In this document: one piece after another, positions 34,380-46,093 of the stretch | Layout of the letters: each line of letters begins with the position of its first letter | How positions within the stretch are numbered: the first letter of the stretch is position 1 | Assembly (NCBI GenBank): GCA_013416795.1 | Contig: RQSC01000026.1 | Location: forward strand, 71,980 to 135,979 | Source: Prasinococcaceae sp. CCMP 1430 | Lineage: Eukaryota > Plantae > Prasinodermophyta | DNA: 64,000 nt | Reading direction: 5' to 3' | Made by a program: the position numbers and the translations under genes | The notes under the pieces: model-generated | Told to the model about the DNA's origin: nothing | Seen by the model: only the letters and a program-made list of their open reading frames with translations | Database searches by the model: none

Positions 34380-34907
34380 CTGGTGAGCGAGCGCGCACAC
34401 TCACACGTGCACACACACGCACACACGCACACACACACGCACGGCCTCCCCTTCCTCCNCCCGCCGGCGCCGCGGCCCCCCAGCGCGCGCGTGCGGACGC
34501 GCGCGGGCCTGCGCAGCTGCCGCCGCTCTTTTAGATTTTCTTTTCCCCTTTTCTTTTCTGCCAGAAATTCGCTCGCCGGAACGGAAACAAAAAATGCCCT
34601 GGCCTGAAGCAGCAGCCTCTCGCTCGCTACATAGCTCGCGGAGGCCCGTGGCCGGTCCGGGCGGGCGGCCGCGTCTCTCCACCGACACGCACATCCATCC
34701 CCTTCGATCGTCCGCCGTGGCGGGGAAGGACTGACTCGTCTCCTGGCTGCGGCTCGTGCCTGGCAGGGGGCCTCCGGCCGGCGGTGACCGGCCGGCTCGC
34801 TGGCAGCTGCCAGCCGCGCCCTGCTCAATGAGACGTTTCACGGACTTGGATACCTCGTTGAGCTTCATCTTCAGAAAAACTCCCTGGCAGGCCCACAGCC
34901 TGAGGGT

Positions 34908-35587
34908 GTGCTTACACCCCTTGGTAGTCTAACGACACTCAATCTCGGGGACAGTGGTTCAGGCACGCTGTGTTTCAAGAAGCTGCCACCGGGCCCGATC
35001 AAGTCCTGGATGGTGGGTGTGCAGCTGTGTAATCAGCAGCGCGCTCTGCTCGCGGTTTGCGGCCAGTGTAGATTCTATGTCAACCTTTTGGACGCTAGTG
35101 AGGGGAGACTCGAGCGCGACCGGCCGCTGGGAGAGTGCCCGAATGGCAACTGCTGCGGCGTGGATTGCACGCGTTTGGAGCTCAACGGCAGCGATGTACG
35201 CTCGTTGCCGCAGGGCGTTCTCAGCGGGATGCGCACGTTGAAATACCTGGATCTCTCCAACAACAATCTAAGCCAGCCGGATTCGTTTGCTGGGTTCTAC
35301 CAGGACTCCGATCTGGGTGGGCTAACTGAGCTCAGGCTCGCACACACTATCATTTCCGAACTGCCAGACCGACTCTTTGAGAGCATGTCCAGCTTGGCTT
35401 CGCTGGACCTGTCGCAGAACAGCATCAGCACGCTTTCCGAAGGCCTCTTCGCGGACGTAAGTGCGACCCTCGCCGTCTTGGACCTGTCGTACAACCAGCT
35501 CAATTTCACGAAGTCGCCGTCGTTGCCGTTTGCGGATCTGCGCGTGCTCAAGTCGCTGCACCTCGGTGGAAACAGCCTTCATACGCT
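34908..35587 (+). CDS. Leucine-rich-repeat protein fragment (LxxLDLSxN), truncated at N 35588
   Basis: LKYLDLSNNNL, LTELRLAHT, LASLDLSQNSI, LAVLDLSYNQL, LKSLHLGGNSL, with a Cys-rich N-cap; no intact start or stop. Confidence 0.75.
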
Positions 35588-35653
35588 NCGGCGGGAGGAG
35601 CGCTCTCCTCGGCGGCGGCGTGGGCGGCGGGCGCGCGCGCGCGCTGGGGTGGC

Positions 35654-35989
35654 GTGCCGTTCGCGGCGCGGGGCATCGCCGTGTCGGCGCTCAAGCCGCT
35701 CGACACGTTCGAGCGCCGCCACAACAACATCCGCCACGAGGAGGCGGAGGAGATGGCAAAGTACGTGGGCTTCGAGTCGGTGCAGGCGATGATCGACGCC
35801 ACCGTGCCCGCCGCTATCCGCCGCAAGGATGGCATGCCGCTCGGCGACACCTACCACGAGGGCCTCACCGAGTCGGACGCAGTCGCGCACATCAAGAGCC
35901 TGGCGTCGGAGAACAAGGTGCTGCAGTCCTTCATCGGCATGGGCTACCACGGCACCCACTGCCCGCCGGTCATCCTGCGCAACGTGCTG

Positions 35990-36021
<32 letters not shown>

Positions 36022-38587
36022 GTACCAGGCCGAGATCGCGCAGGGCCGCCTCGAGGCGCTGCTCAACTTCCAGACCATGGTGACGGACCTCACCGCCATG
36101 CCCATGTGCAACGCGTCGCTGCTGGACGAGGCGACGGCCGCCGCCGAGGCGATGACCATGTGCTCCGCCATCGCGCGCGGCAAGAAGCCCAAGTTCTTTG
36201 TGTCGGAGCTGTGCCACCCGCAGACGATCGCCGTATGCCAGACGCGCGCCGACGGCTTGGGCCTCGAGGTCGTGGTGGGCGACCACACCACCTTCGACTA
36301 TTCCGCGAACGACGTGTGCGGCATGATGCTGCAGTACCCGGCGACCGACGGCGGCGTCCTCGACTACTCCGACGCCATCGCCAAGGCGAAGAAGTCCAAA
36401 GTGCAGGTGGTGATGGCCGCCGACCTGCTGGCGCTCACCGTGCTCACCCCGCCGGGCGAGCTCGGCGCCGACATGGTCATTGGCTCCTCCCAGCGCTTTG
36501 GCGTGCCCATGGGCTACGGCGGCCCGCACGCAGCATTCCTCGCCACCACGCACAGCAACAAGCGCCTCATGCCCGGCCGCATCATCGGCGTGTCCGTCGA
36601 CGCCGACGGTGAGAGGGGCCTGCGCATGGCCATGCAGACGCGCGAGCAGCACATTCGCCGCGACAAGGCCACCTCAAACATCTGCACGGCGCAGGCCCTG
36701 CTCGCGAACATCGCCGGGCTGTACGGCGTGTACCACGGACCGGAGGGCCTCAAGGAAATCGCCAACCGCTGCCACGCCATGGCCGCCGTCCTGGCGGCGG
36801 GTGCCGAGAAGCTCGGCCACGGTGTGAGCACCAAGGAGTTCTTCGACTGCGTGACCCTCGAGGTCGGCGACGCCGACAAGGTGATGTCCGCGGCGGTGGA
36901 GCTGGGCATGAACCTGCGCAAGATGTCTGACTCGGCCGTTTCCGTGAACATGGACGAGACCACCAAGATCGAGCACCTCGATGCCCTATTCACCGCCCTC
37001 AACGGCGGCGCCGCGGCGCCGTTCACCGCCGCCGACCTCGCCCCCGGCGTTGATGCCGCGCTTCCCAAGGGCATGGAGCGCACCACGCCATTCATGGAGG
37101 ACGAGATCTTCAACAAGTACCACAACGAGCACGACATGCTGCGCTACCTGGCCAAGCTCGAGTCGCGCGACCTTTCGCTGTGCCACTCGATGATCCCGCT
37201 GGGCTCGTGCACCATGAAGCTCAACGCCACCAGCGAGATGATCCCGGTGACTTGGCCCGAGCTGGCGAACATCCACCCCTTTGTGCCACTGGATCAGGCG
37301 CAGGGCTACGCCAAGATCATCAAGGACCTGGAGGACATGCTGTGCACCATCACGGGCTTCGACGCGCTGTCCATGCAGCCGAACTCAGGCGCCACCGGCG
37401 AGTACGCCGGCCTCATGGCCATCCGCGCCTACCACCAATCACGCGGGGACCACCACCGCGACGTGTGCATCATCCCCAAGTCGGCGCATGGCACCAACCC
37501 GGCGTCCGCGGCGATGGCGGGCATGTCCATCGTGGCGGTGGGCACCGACGACAAGGGCAACATCGACATCGACGAGCTCCGCAAGGCGGCGGAGAAGCAC
37601 AAGGACAGGCTGTCTGCACTCATGGTGACCTACCCGTCCACGCACGGCGTGTACGAGGAGGGCATCGACGAGATCTGCAACATCATCCATGAGAACGGCG
37701 GCCAGGTGTACATGGATGGTGCCAATATGAACGCGCAGGTCGGGCTGACTTCGCCTGGGCACATCGGCGCGGATGTGTGCCACCTCAACCTGCACAAGAC
37801 ATTCTGCATCCCGCACGGCGGAGGCGGCCCGGGCATGGGTCCCATCGGGATGAAGGCGCACCTGGCGCCCTTCATGTCCAACCACCCAGTGGTGCCTGGC
37901 GTCGGCGGCGACGCGCACGGCAGCGCCTCGTTCGGCCCGGTGGCGGCGGCGCCGTGGGGCTCGTCGATGATCCTTCCCATTTCGTACATGTACATTGCCA
38001 TGATGGGCAGCGATGGCCTCAAGCGCGCGTCGGAGCTCGCCATGCTGAACGCGAACTACATGTCGAAGCGGCTGGAGGACTTCTACCCGGTCCTCTTCCG
38101 CGGCGAGAACGGTACCTGCGCGCACGAGTTCATCATCGACCTGCGGCAGCTCAAGGCGTCGGCAGAAATCGAGGCCGAGGACATCGCCAAGCGCCTCATC
38201 GACTACGGCTTTCACGCGCCCACCATGTCGTGGCCTGTGAGCGGCACGCTCATGATCGAGCCCACAGAGTCGGAGAGCAAGGACGAGCTCGACAGGTTCT
38301 GCGACGCCATGATTGCCATCCGCGGCGAGATCAAGCTGATCGAGGAGGGCAAGCTCCCGGTGGACAACAACCCCCTGAAGAACGCGCCGCACCCGGCGAA
38401 GGTGGTCATGGGCGAGGAGTGGCCGCACCCCTACAGCCGCGAGACCGCCGCCTACCCGGCGCCATGGGTCAAGGAGAGCAAGTTCTGGCCTACCACGCGA
38501 CGCGTGGACAACGTGTACGGCGATCGCAACCTCGTGGTCACGCTCAATGAGGAGAAGTCCGAGGAGAAAATCGCCGCCTTTGCGTAG
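35654..38587 (+). CDS. GLDP: Glycine dehydrogenase (glycine cleavage P protein); mitochondrial presequence missing at junction
   Basis: [64 protein letters not shown] lysine motif [19 protein letters not shown]. Confidence 0.98.
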
Positions 38588-38889
38588 GCCTAAACACGAC
38601 ACACACAGCAGCAGCAGCAACGGCGGCGGCGGCGGCCCGCGGGAGCGCGATGGGCGACTGTGGCCCGCCAGCCTGCTGCTACTGTCCGCAGCAGCAGTGC
38701 GCCTCCCAATTTGCCCCCAAACGAAGTCAACCCGGGCCACGAGGCCAGCGGGCCGTTCTTTAACTATCACCACGATTCGTGCCACTCCGGACTTCCTTGA
38801 AATCCGCCAGCGACACGCACGGTCGCAGCGCGAGCCTCTGGCGAGCTAAACGCGCGGCGTCTCCCATACAAGTTCCATTGGGCGGTGGC

Positions 38890-39318
38890 TCAGCTCTCTT
38901 TACGCTTGGGTGCGTACTTAAGGCCGTACACCGCGACAGCAAGCGCGGCCAGCTGCACGGTGAGGTTCTTCTGTGCGACCGCAGTGGTCGCCTCGCTCTT
39001 CGAGTTGTACAGGCGCACGGCCGAGGCTATCGCGTACAGAGCGCTCAACATCTGGGCCGTGCGGAGGCCCCCCTGGTGCTTGTCGGGCATGCTGATGTAA
39101 TGCAGGAAGAGGAATGCGAAGGTGGCTGAGGCCGCGGCCACGATGTGCGTGAGACCGAGGAGCGCTTCACCCTCTGCAGATTCGCTGAAGTTGACCTCAC
39201 GGCCGAACGCTGAGAACAGCGCCTTCGGCGCGAACGCAGCGGTGCAGGCGAGCGCCCCGTGCATCGCGCCGAGCGCTCCAAGCGCACAAGCCGACGGCGA
39301 GGACATCCACGCGCCCAT
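38890..39318 (-). CDS. Small multi-pass (about 4 TM) membrane protein
   Basis: Single ORF with four hydrophobic segments and a basic C-terminal tail. Confidence 0.65.
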   Translation of the reverse strand: MGAWMSSPSACALGALGAMHGALACTAAFAPKALFSAFGREVNFSESAEGEALLGLTHIVAAASATFAFLFLHYISMPDKHQGGLRTAQMLSALYAIASAVRLYNSKSEATTAVAQKNLTVQLAALAVAVYGLKYAPKRKES

Positions 39319-39686
39319 CGCTCCTCAACGCTTGGCGCGTGGGGTGCGGAGGGGAGGCGCCCAGCCGATCCTTTTCCTCCTCAAGCAAGGAGACAGAGAG
39401 GCGCCCGCCCGCCCGCGCCTGCGAGCGCCGCGGCCCCGCGCCCCCGGCGCTCACGATGTGGCGCCCCCGCCGTCCTCCTCCGAAATCGTCCGCTGCTTGG
39501 TTGCAATGCTGCTTCTAGCCAGAGAGGACTACTGTACTCTCCTTTCAATTTGGTGCGCGAACGAGCGCGTGCGGCGCTTTTTGGCGCGCGCGAGCCCGAG
39601 CGGCGGCGCCGTCGCCGCCATAGCGCGCGACCCCGGCAGCGGGAGGGGAGGGGGGCGAGGACGCACCTCCGAGAGCTTCGGCGGCC

Positions 39687-41672
39687 ATGAGGCTCTTTAT
39701 CGCGGGCGAAGGGGGCGAAGAGCGCCTAGAGGTGGACGGGCGGTGCACGACCGTTGCGAGGCTGGCCGCGCTGGCGGGCGACGCAGTGGGGGAGCCCTCG
39801 TGCGCGCCTGCGCAGGTGCTCGTGCGCCGCGCGGTGGCGGGCAGCAGCGGGCTAGCGGGCGCGCCTGCTCGGCTGGACGCTCTGCAAGCCAGCTTTGCAC
39901 TGGACGCTGCTGGGATCGCCGACGGAGATACTCTGGTCGTGCTGCCGAAGAAAAGGGGGGGGGTCGTGCGCGAGTCTCGAGACGCCGCTACGCCGGCGCG
40001 GGCGGAGGCTGGATGGGCGAGCGCTAGAGATCGGCTGCTCAATGTGGCTGCAGTGGCAACGTCGCGCCAGCCCAGGAGCGCGCGCCCCCCGGGCCCCCGC
40101 GAAATCCGCGCGGCGTGCGAGAGCGAATGCGCTGCGCGCGGCTTGCCTGCACCGGCGCCGCTTCGTGCGCCGCTCGCACAGCGCTCTCCGCTTGCGATGC
40201 GGCAGCACCTGCTTGAGGAGCGGCAGGCTCGTGCCGCGCTCGAGTCGCTGTTGAGGTTGCACGCCTCAATGAGCGGGGCCGAGGGTGGGCGAGAGGAGCA
40301 TCCACAAGAGGATGAAGAAGAGGCGCAGCAGGAGGAGGAGGCTCCTCTGCCGCAGGCGAATGCGGACCTCGTTGCCAACATGGTGTCGATGGGATTCAAC
40401 GAGAACGCTTCCCACCGTGCATTGCTCACTCATCGCGACAACCTTGAGCGAGCGATCGAATGGCTCTGCGAGCACACCGGCGACACGGCCTTGGAGCAGC
40501 CGATCACGGACGACGAGCGTCGTGAAATCGCCGACAGGCGGTCGGGCGGTAGACGGCGTAACGTTGGCCGAGGCGAAGGCGGCGGCGGTGGGCCTCGCAT
40601 CGGGGCATTTGGAGGGCCGCAGCCTGTTGCTGACGAGGCAGATCCCGCCACGGTCAACAACCTAGCCGACATGGGATTTGCGCGCGATTCAGCGTCGAAT
40701 GCCCTGCGTGCCACCGACAACGACCCCGAGGCCGCAGTCGAGCTCATCCTTCACCACGGCGGCGTGTTTAGCGAGCACAACTTGCGCACTCTCATCCAGC
40801 GCCGCGAGCAGCGCCTGCGCGCTCAGGCGGGCAGGGCCGCCCGCGCGCAGCAGCGCTCGCAAGTCTCTGAGAGTGATCTCAGGAGGCACCTGATGGATGC
40901 CGTGGGTTTGCTCAACTCGAACAACCTCTTGGGCGCGAGCGACGGCGGCAGTGGCGGCAGCGACCGCGCCAATGACGCGCAGAGGAGCGCAGAGATTTTG
41001 GCTTCCCTGCAGAGGCTCGCTAACCCCGGAGCTGCAGCAACCGAAGCGGCTGTAGCTTCTGGGGGCGCAGTTGGCGATACTAGTGGAGATGAGCGCGATG
41101 CGGATGTCAGAAGTGGCGATGATGGGCACGGGAATCGAACCGCCGAGGGCGATGGCCCAACAGCGCCCGGCGCCGGGGGCTCAGGCGATGCGGCGCAACA
41201 ACCAGCACACGGTGACGGTGTGAACTTGACAGCGCAATTGGAGCAGATCATCCCCGCGTTCCTCCTCAGCGATCCAAGCAGCCTCAACAACGAGAACTCT
41301 TTTGAACTCATGCATGGCATTATGGAGAGGCTTCGGGCACATACACAGCCGTGGCGCGACGACGAGGACGACGTCAGCGCAGGCAGCCATACGGATGAGG
41401 ACGATCCAGACACAGGAGGCGACTACTCTGAAAGCGATGAGTCTTACTCGGCGAGCATGGGTGAATATGACTTGGCACCCGATGACTTCGAGGCAGGCCT
41501 GGGCAACGTGAACGACGGCAGCGAAGAGCTTGCGTTCCAAGCGAGCGCGATGATTGGCGCGAGCGAGCCGCCCGATGACATTGACGAGGACCAGATGGAC
41601 AGTCCCGAGAGACAAGGGAGCGATCGTGTTGGCCGGGACGACTTGGACATCGATCCTGATGAAATGGATTGA
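39687..41672 (+). CDS. UBL + two UBA domain protein (UBAC1/KPC2-like), acidic tail
   Basis: N-terminal UBL ending AAGIADGDTLVV; UBA1 MVSMGFNENASHRALL...AIEWL; UBA2 LADMGFARDSASNALRATDNDPEAAVELI. Confidence 0.8.
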   Translation: MRLFIAGEGGEERLEVDGRCTTVARLAALAGDAVGEPSCAPAQVLVRRAVAGSSGLAGAPARLDALQASFALDAAGIADGDTLVVLPKKRGGVVRESRDAATPARAEAGWASARDRLLNVAAVATSRQPRSARPPGPREIRAACESECAARGLPAPAPLRAPLAQRSPLAMRQHLLEERQARAALESLLRLHASMSGAEGGREEHPQEDEEEAQQEEEAPLPQANADLVANMVSMGFNENASHRALLTHRDNLERAIEWLCEHTGDTALEQPITDDERREIADRRSGGRRRNVGRGEGGGGGPRIGAFGGPQPVADEADPATVNNLADMGFARDSASNALRATDNDPEAAVELILHHGGVFSEHNLRTLIQRREQRLRAQAGRAARAQQRSQVSESDLRRHLMDAVGLLNSNNLLGASDGGSGGSDRANDAQRSAEILASLQRLANPGAAATEAAVASGGAVGDTSGDERDADVRSGDDGHGNRTAEGDGPTAPGAGGSGDAAQQPAHGDGVNLTAQLEQIIPAFLLSDPSSLNNENSFELMHGIMERLRAHTQPWRDDEDDVSAGSHTDEDDPDTGGDYSESDESYSASMGEYDLAPDDFEAGLGNVNDGSEELAFQASAMIGASEPPDDIDEDQMDSPERQGSDRVGRDDLDIDPDEMD

Positions 41673-41724
41673 GAGGGCGTCGGCGTGGCCGAGCGCTCGA
41701 TGGACCAGTCATTTCACCCGGTTA

Positions 41725-43797
41725 TTACTCATTTGAAGACTCCTTCATTATCATGCCCTCGAGTTTGGCGCAGTCCCGCGTGAATGCGCTGACAGTGTCG
41801 GAACACCCGCCGAATTCACAACGCGCGCTCTCGAGCGAATCATGCAGCACCTTCATCAGTCCTGTGCATTGCGCAGCTGCGTCTGCTCCCACGCTTGTGA
41901 CAAGGTCGAGCACGTCACTGGTACGCCCGAGCTCCAAGGCCACGAAGCCGCGATCGTGATACCACTCACGCAGCGCAATGAATTCGTCGTAGACGTCCAA
42001 TGCAAAGGCCTCGGGGCCACCAAGATCGTAGCCATAGCCCGCATCTCGCAATAGGGCCACAAGCCGCGCCCTGTATGCGGCGCGTGTAGCGACGCCGGTC
42101 TCGTGCGTGCGAAGGTCGTTGCAATCAGAGTCGCTGTAATTGATATCCTCCACCTCGGCGTGCGCGGCCACTGACAGCCAATCCTCGAGCACCATCGATC
42201 TCAGCGACACCGACACCCAGTGCCTTGCCCCGAGCGTCCTGTGCGCGGGATGTAATAGCGCGCGGACGCGCGCCTGCAGCGCATCTCGCCGCTCGCCGCG
42301 TGGGGCGTCCTCAAGTTCAGCGGAGAGGGCGTAAACGGCGTCTTCGAGGGCTCGTTCGCGCAGTAAGATCGGCTCGCCCTGGACAAGCATGTCCGCCAAC
42401 ACGGCCATTGGCACCTCCGCATCGCACGACTCGCAGCGCCACGCTGCTCCCACCTCGGCACCGCCGCCACCCGGGGGTGGCGTGATCATTCTGTCGTCGG
42501 TGAGAGCATGTGCGCGCCATCGGTCGGCCACCTCGTCCCAGCACTCGTCCGTGCGGAGCAGGCCATTCGCAGCATCGCGGGCAGGCCCGCACATGGGGCA
42601 GGGAAGCGCTCGCATGGCGTCGCGTTCGGTGGTACACGCGGGGCACGTGCACCAAAAGAGTTTGCTCTCGGCCAGCGCAGTGCGGCGCAGGCGCGCGCTG
42701 GCGATACCGGCCGGGCCGAGGTAATCACTCGTGAGCAGCTCACCAGCGGCAATATCACGCAGCGCTCGATGCTGGCCGACGACTCCCGTCGCTTCCCCCT
42801 CGCAGGGAACCTCGGCAGCGCTATCACACTCCTTTTCCCTGTCGTCGGCATTGCCGCCACCGCCCCGTCGTGAGCGCATCTCCGCAATCGAAGGTGTCGA
42901 TGCACCATCTCGCGTGCAGCAGTGGTAGACAGTGTTTGGTGTAACGCACGCGTGTGTGAGTCGCGCGCCGTTTGCAAACATTGCACAGACGTACTTTCCG
43001 CCAGCAGCCGACGACACATCGTGCGTGTTGAGCTCGATGCAGCCGAGCAGGGTGACGAGCTCGTTGGTGCTCGTCCCGCGGGCGGCAAGGTCGTAGCGTG
43101 CAGCAAACCATTCGGCAACGCGGCGAGCGCTGTGCGTCGCCCCTTCCCATGCGGCCGCCACCGCGGCATCCCCCCTTGTCTCGTCGCTCGCGTCGCTAAC
43201 TCGGCTCGCGCCCTCGCTAAGCTCTTGCCCACCGCCGTCAATGCCGGCAACCGGCGCGTCGACACCCGCCAGAGCGCCGTACGTGCAGAAGTGATTTAGC
43301 ACAGCGTCACGCACGCTTATGGGTGCGTGTACGAGCGCGTGCGCCTGCAGCATCTGTTCGGAGGGCACCCCGAGCTCGCGATATGCGCTGCGCAGCGCCC
43401 TGCGCTCAGCCTTTGGCAGCAGCGCCGCCGCGGGCACGGCAAACGTCGGGCTTTCGTGGATGAGGACGGCCCCCCGCGGTACGTCGCACGCGGCGACAGC
43501 CACGCGCCCGAGGCCAGGCACGCTCGTGTGGCGCAACGTCGCAGAGTCTTGCACAAGGGCCCGGTTGGGGAGGCGTGCGCGGCCATCGGCGTTGCGCACC
43601 TCCACCATGAACTCGCCAGCGCGTGCGCTTGATGGCAGCCGCGGCACAGCTCCTTTCGATGCAGCGGGGCCAACGCAGCCCCTGTGCCTGCCTAAGCCGC
43701 CACTAGTGGCCAGCGCAGGCACTGCAAACGCACCCAACCTCCTCCCACTCTCCGCTGCGCCACTGATGGCCAGCGCAGACACCGCTATCGTAGCCAC
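41725..43797 (-). CDS. SET-domain (SMYD-like) lysine methyltransferase; start uncertain (first in-frame ATG 43608)
   Basis: GLGRVAVAACDVPRGAVLIHESP, THAC..PN, ALRDIAAGELLTSDYL, post-SET FWCTCPAC, further CxxC pairs. Confidence 0.85.
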   Translation of the reverse strand: MATIAVSALAISGAAESGRRLGAFAVPALATSGGLGRHRGCVGPAASKGAVPRLPSSARAGEFMVEVRNADGRARLPNRALVQDSATLRHTSVPGLGRVAVAACDVPRGAVLIHESPTFAVPAAALLPKAERRALRSAYRELGVPSEQMLQAHALVHAPISVRDAVLNHFCTYGALAGVDAPVAGIDGGGQELSEGASRVSDASDETRGDAAVAAAWEGATHSARRVAEWFAARYDLAARGTSTNELVTLLGCIELNTHDVSSAAGGKYVCAMFANGARLTHACVTPNTVYHCCTRDGASTPSIAEMRSRRGGGGNADDREKECDSAAEVPCEGEATGVVGQHRALRDIAAGELLTSDYLGPAGIASARLRRTALAESKLFWCTCPACTTERDAMRALPCPMCGPARDAANGLLRTDECWDEVADRWRAHALTDDRMITPPPGGGGAEVGAAWRCESCDAEVPMAVLADMLVQGEPILLRERALEDAVYALSAELEDAPRGERRDALQARVRALLHPAHRTLGARHWVSVSLRSMVLEDWLSVAAHAEVEDINYSDSDCNDLRTHETGVATRAAYRARLVALLRDAGYGYDLGGPEAFALDVYDEFIALREWYHDRGFVALELGRTSDVLDLVTSVGADAAAQCTGLMKVLHDSLESARCEFGGCSDTVSAFTRDCAKLEGMIMKESSNE

Positions 43798-44013
43798 TCA
43801 CCTCGCACTTTCCCCTCCGCGCGCGTGCAGTCGCCGCACCCCGCGCCCCTCGAGTGCGCGCATCCTGCGTGCAGAGTGGCGAGAACACATTCGATTTACA
43901 GCTTGCGCTCACGCCCGGGCTGCTGACCACACTGCGCGGTGCGCGCGGTGCGGCGCTGGTGCGGGGTGGGTGGGGGGAGTGGGGGTGAGCAGAGGCAGCG
44001 CAGGCCGACAAGG

Positions 44014-45927
44014 ATGGCGGAGCACGCGCCACCGCGCGGCTTCCGCGCGGCGGCGCAGGCGGCGCAGGCGGCGCGCGCAGCAGCGCGCATGCGCGACCAA
44101 GCGGCACAGGCCTCGGCGGGGAGCGCACCATGGATAGTGCTGGCGGCCGCTGCGGCGCTCCTGCTTGCTGCAGGCGCGCTCGTGTATGCTGTTGTGCTGC
44201 GTCGAGCCGCACGCACGTGTGAGGGTGGCGCGGTGCGAGAAACCGAGGACGTCACGCCCGCTGAGAAGGGCGCGGTCAGCACAGCCGCGGACAGCCCACG
44301 CGCGCCGCTCCGGTCCGGTGTCTTCTCCACAAAGGCACGCTCGCGCGAGCTGTTGCCAGGGTCGTCGCTCGCGGCTGCGCGTGAGCTTGGCGCTGCGTGC
44401 GGAGCCACAGCGGCTGTGGCGGTGTCGGAGGCGACCGCAGGCGCGTCCACGCGAGCCGTGTGCGTTGGCGCAGCCGCAGACGCTGCATCACGTGCCGCTG
44501 TGGCCGAGGGTGCCGGAGCCGCCGCCGGAAGCTTCGCGGCGGGGCTGGTGGAGGAGCTCCTGAAGCAAACGAGCGCGCGCAAGGAAGCCGATGCGAGCAC
44601 TCGCACTGAAACCTCTGCTGCCGCTGCTGCCGCCGTCGCGCGCGTGGGTGAGCTGGTGGACGGTGACACCGCGGCGAGCCCGGTGCGGCCCAAGAGCGTC
44701 AGCGAGCTCGTCTTGTCTCCCCAGGCTGCTCGGGTGGTGCCCCCTGCAGTGCACGCGGAGCTACGGCGTAGAACCGCAATATCTTTCAATGCGAGCGTCG
44801 GTGTGGGTGCACGTGTTGACCTCGGTGCGGTTACGCAGCTTGATGGCAGTGTGGCCGCCGCCGCCGCGGACGGCGACGCGAGTACAGGTGCGGGCGTGGG
44901 TTCTCGCACAGCGGACGTGGCACTCTCGACCCCCGACCGGCAGCGTGCGGTGTCGGTAGACACCGGTGGCACCGCCACGCCGCAGCAGCAATTGGATGCC
45001 TGGACGAAGGTGATGGGGGTAGCGCTCGCTGCCGAGCAGAACGCGTTGCACCGCCAGGCGCTCTCGCTGCGCGCGTCGGAGATGCAGCGGCGCCAGCACA
45101 CCGACGGGGAGCGCAACCTTCTCATGAGCGACCAAAACCTGCTGGCGGCCGAATCGCTTCAGAGCAAGGCACGGCGCGAGGCGGATCGCGCCCATCGTCG
45201 GCGCGTGGCGGAGCTGCGCGCGCAATGTGCCGACGCGCTCGGCGCGGGCGCTGCGATCATGCTCGCTGTCGCTGCCGCAGGTGCCTGGCTGTACGGCGCT
45301 GACTCGGTGAGGGCTGTGGTGGTCGAGTGCGCGGGCGGTCTCGCGCTGTACGCCGACAATATCGATGGTAGCGGGCTGGGGCACAAGAAAAGCTGGTTTG
45401 CATGGCTTGCACGGCACATTTTGCGCACAATTGCTGCATCCGATGCCTTCTCGCTCTTTGCTTGCGGAGCGATGACAGCGTGGCGCGCCGTATGGGGCTT
45501 CGCACTCGCGGGCGCCGTCGCGTTCGCCGCACTGCGCGGTGGCACCAGCGGGCGCGGCATGGCCGAGTCACTGCGAGACACACACACCGCACCACTCTCT
45601 GCCATCGCGATCGCGCTCGGCGGAATCGCGGGCGTCGCGGGATACTACGCGCTCGATAGCGTGGGCGGCGACGCCACAGTGTGGCTCATCGGGTGGGAGA
45701 TTATGTGCTGCGCGCATGTCTTCGTTGCCTACGCTCCGGGCACACTAGTTCGAGCGATGGAAACAAGCAGAAGCAGCGATCATGGGGGCCCGGTCATGCA
45801 GGCGGCTTTCGTCGCGCTGCTTGCTGTGGCGGCACCAGCTACGGTGGGAGCGTTGCCGTGGGCGCGCGCCGCGCTGATTCAGGCAGGCGGCGCCGGCGGC
45901 ATCTTTGATGCGCTGGGCTTGGGTTGA
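44014..45927 (+). CDS. CPR5: CPR5-like transmembrane protein
   Basis: Coiled coil, then ELRAQCADALGAG..IM and LDSVGGDATVWLIGWEIMCCAH, matching my recalled plant CPR5 C-terminal pattern (D.LGG....WL..WE..C..H); several TM helices. Confidence 0.65.
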   Translation: MAEHAPPRGFRAAAQAAQAARAAARMRDQAAQASAGSAPWIVLAAAAALLLAAGALVYAVVLRRAARTCEGGAVRETEDVTPAEKGAVSTAADSPRAPLRSGVFSTKARSRELLPGSSLAAARELGAACGATAAVAVSEATAGASTRAVCVGAAADAASRAAVAEGAGAAAGSFAAGLVEELLKQTSARKEADASTRTETSAAAAAAVARVGELVDGDTAASPVRPKSVSELVLSPQAARVVPPAVHAELRRRTAISFNASVGVGARVDLGAVTQLDGSVAAAAADGDASTGAGVGSRTADVALSTPDRQRAVSVDTGGTATPQQQLDAWTKVMGVALAAEQNALHRQALSLRASEMQRRQHTDGERNLLMSDQNLLAAESLQSKARREADRAHRRRVAELRAQCADALGAGAAIMLAVAAAGAWLYGADSVRAVVVECAGGLALYADNIDGSGLGHKKSWFAWLARHILRTIAASDAFSLFACGAMTAWRAVWGFALAGAVAFAALRGGTSGRGMAESLRDTHTAPLSAIAIALGGIAGVAGYYALDSVGGDATVWLIGWEIMCCAHVFVAYAPGTLVRAMETSRSSDHGGPVMQAAFVALLAVAAPATVGALPWARAALIQAGGAGGIFDALGLG

Positions 45928-46093
45928 GCTCTGACGAGCTGCCGCACATGCGCCAGGCACAGCCGTCCCATGCCCGCGGCTACTGTATATTAGAATGTTT
46001 CTTTTGATCGCGGCAACGCTGGTCGCTGGCGCGAGCGCGTCGTACTCTGCAACGCCATGTCACCGTCGGCGGATTCCGCGTCATGGGAGTGCC

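Noticed and set aside
34908-35792. LRR-glycine decarboxylase fusion or overlap
   Set aside because: The ORF crosses an N join and continues out of frame with GLDP; best explained as an assembly junction.
35579-38785. Long antisense and alternate-frame ORFs over GLDP (likewise over ASD, ABC1K, PPR and others)
   Set aside because: Shadow ORFs expected from extreme GC3 bias; Arg/Ala/Pro-rich with no motifs.
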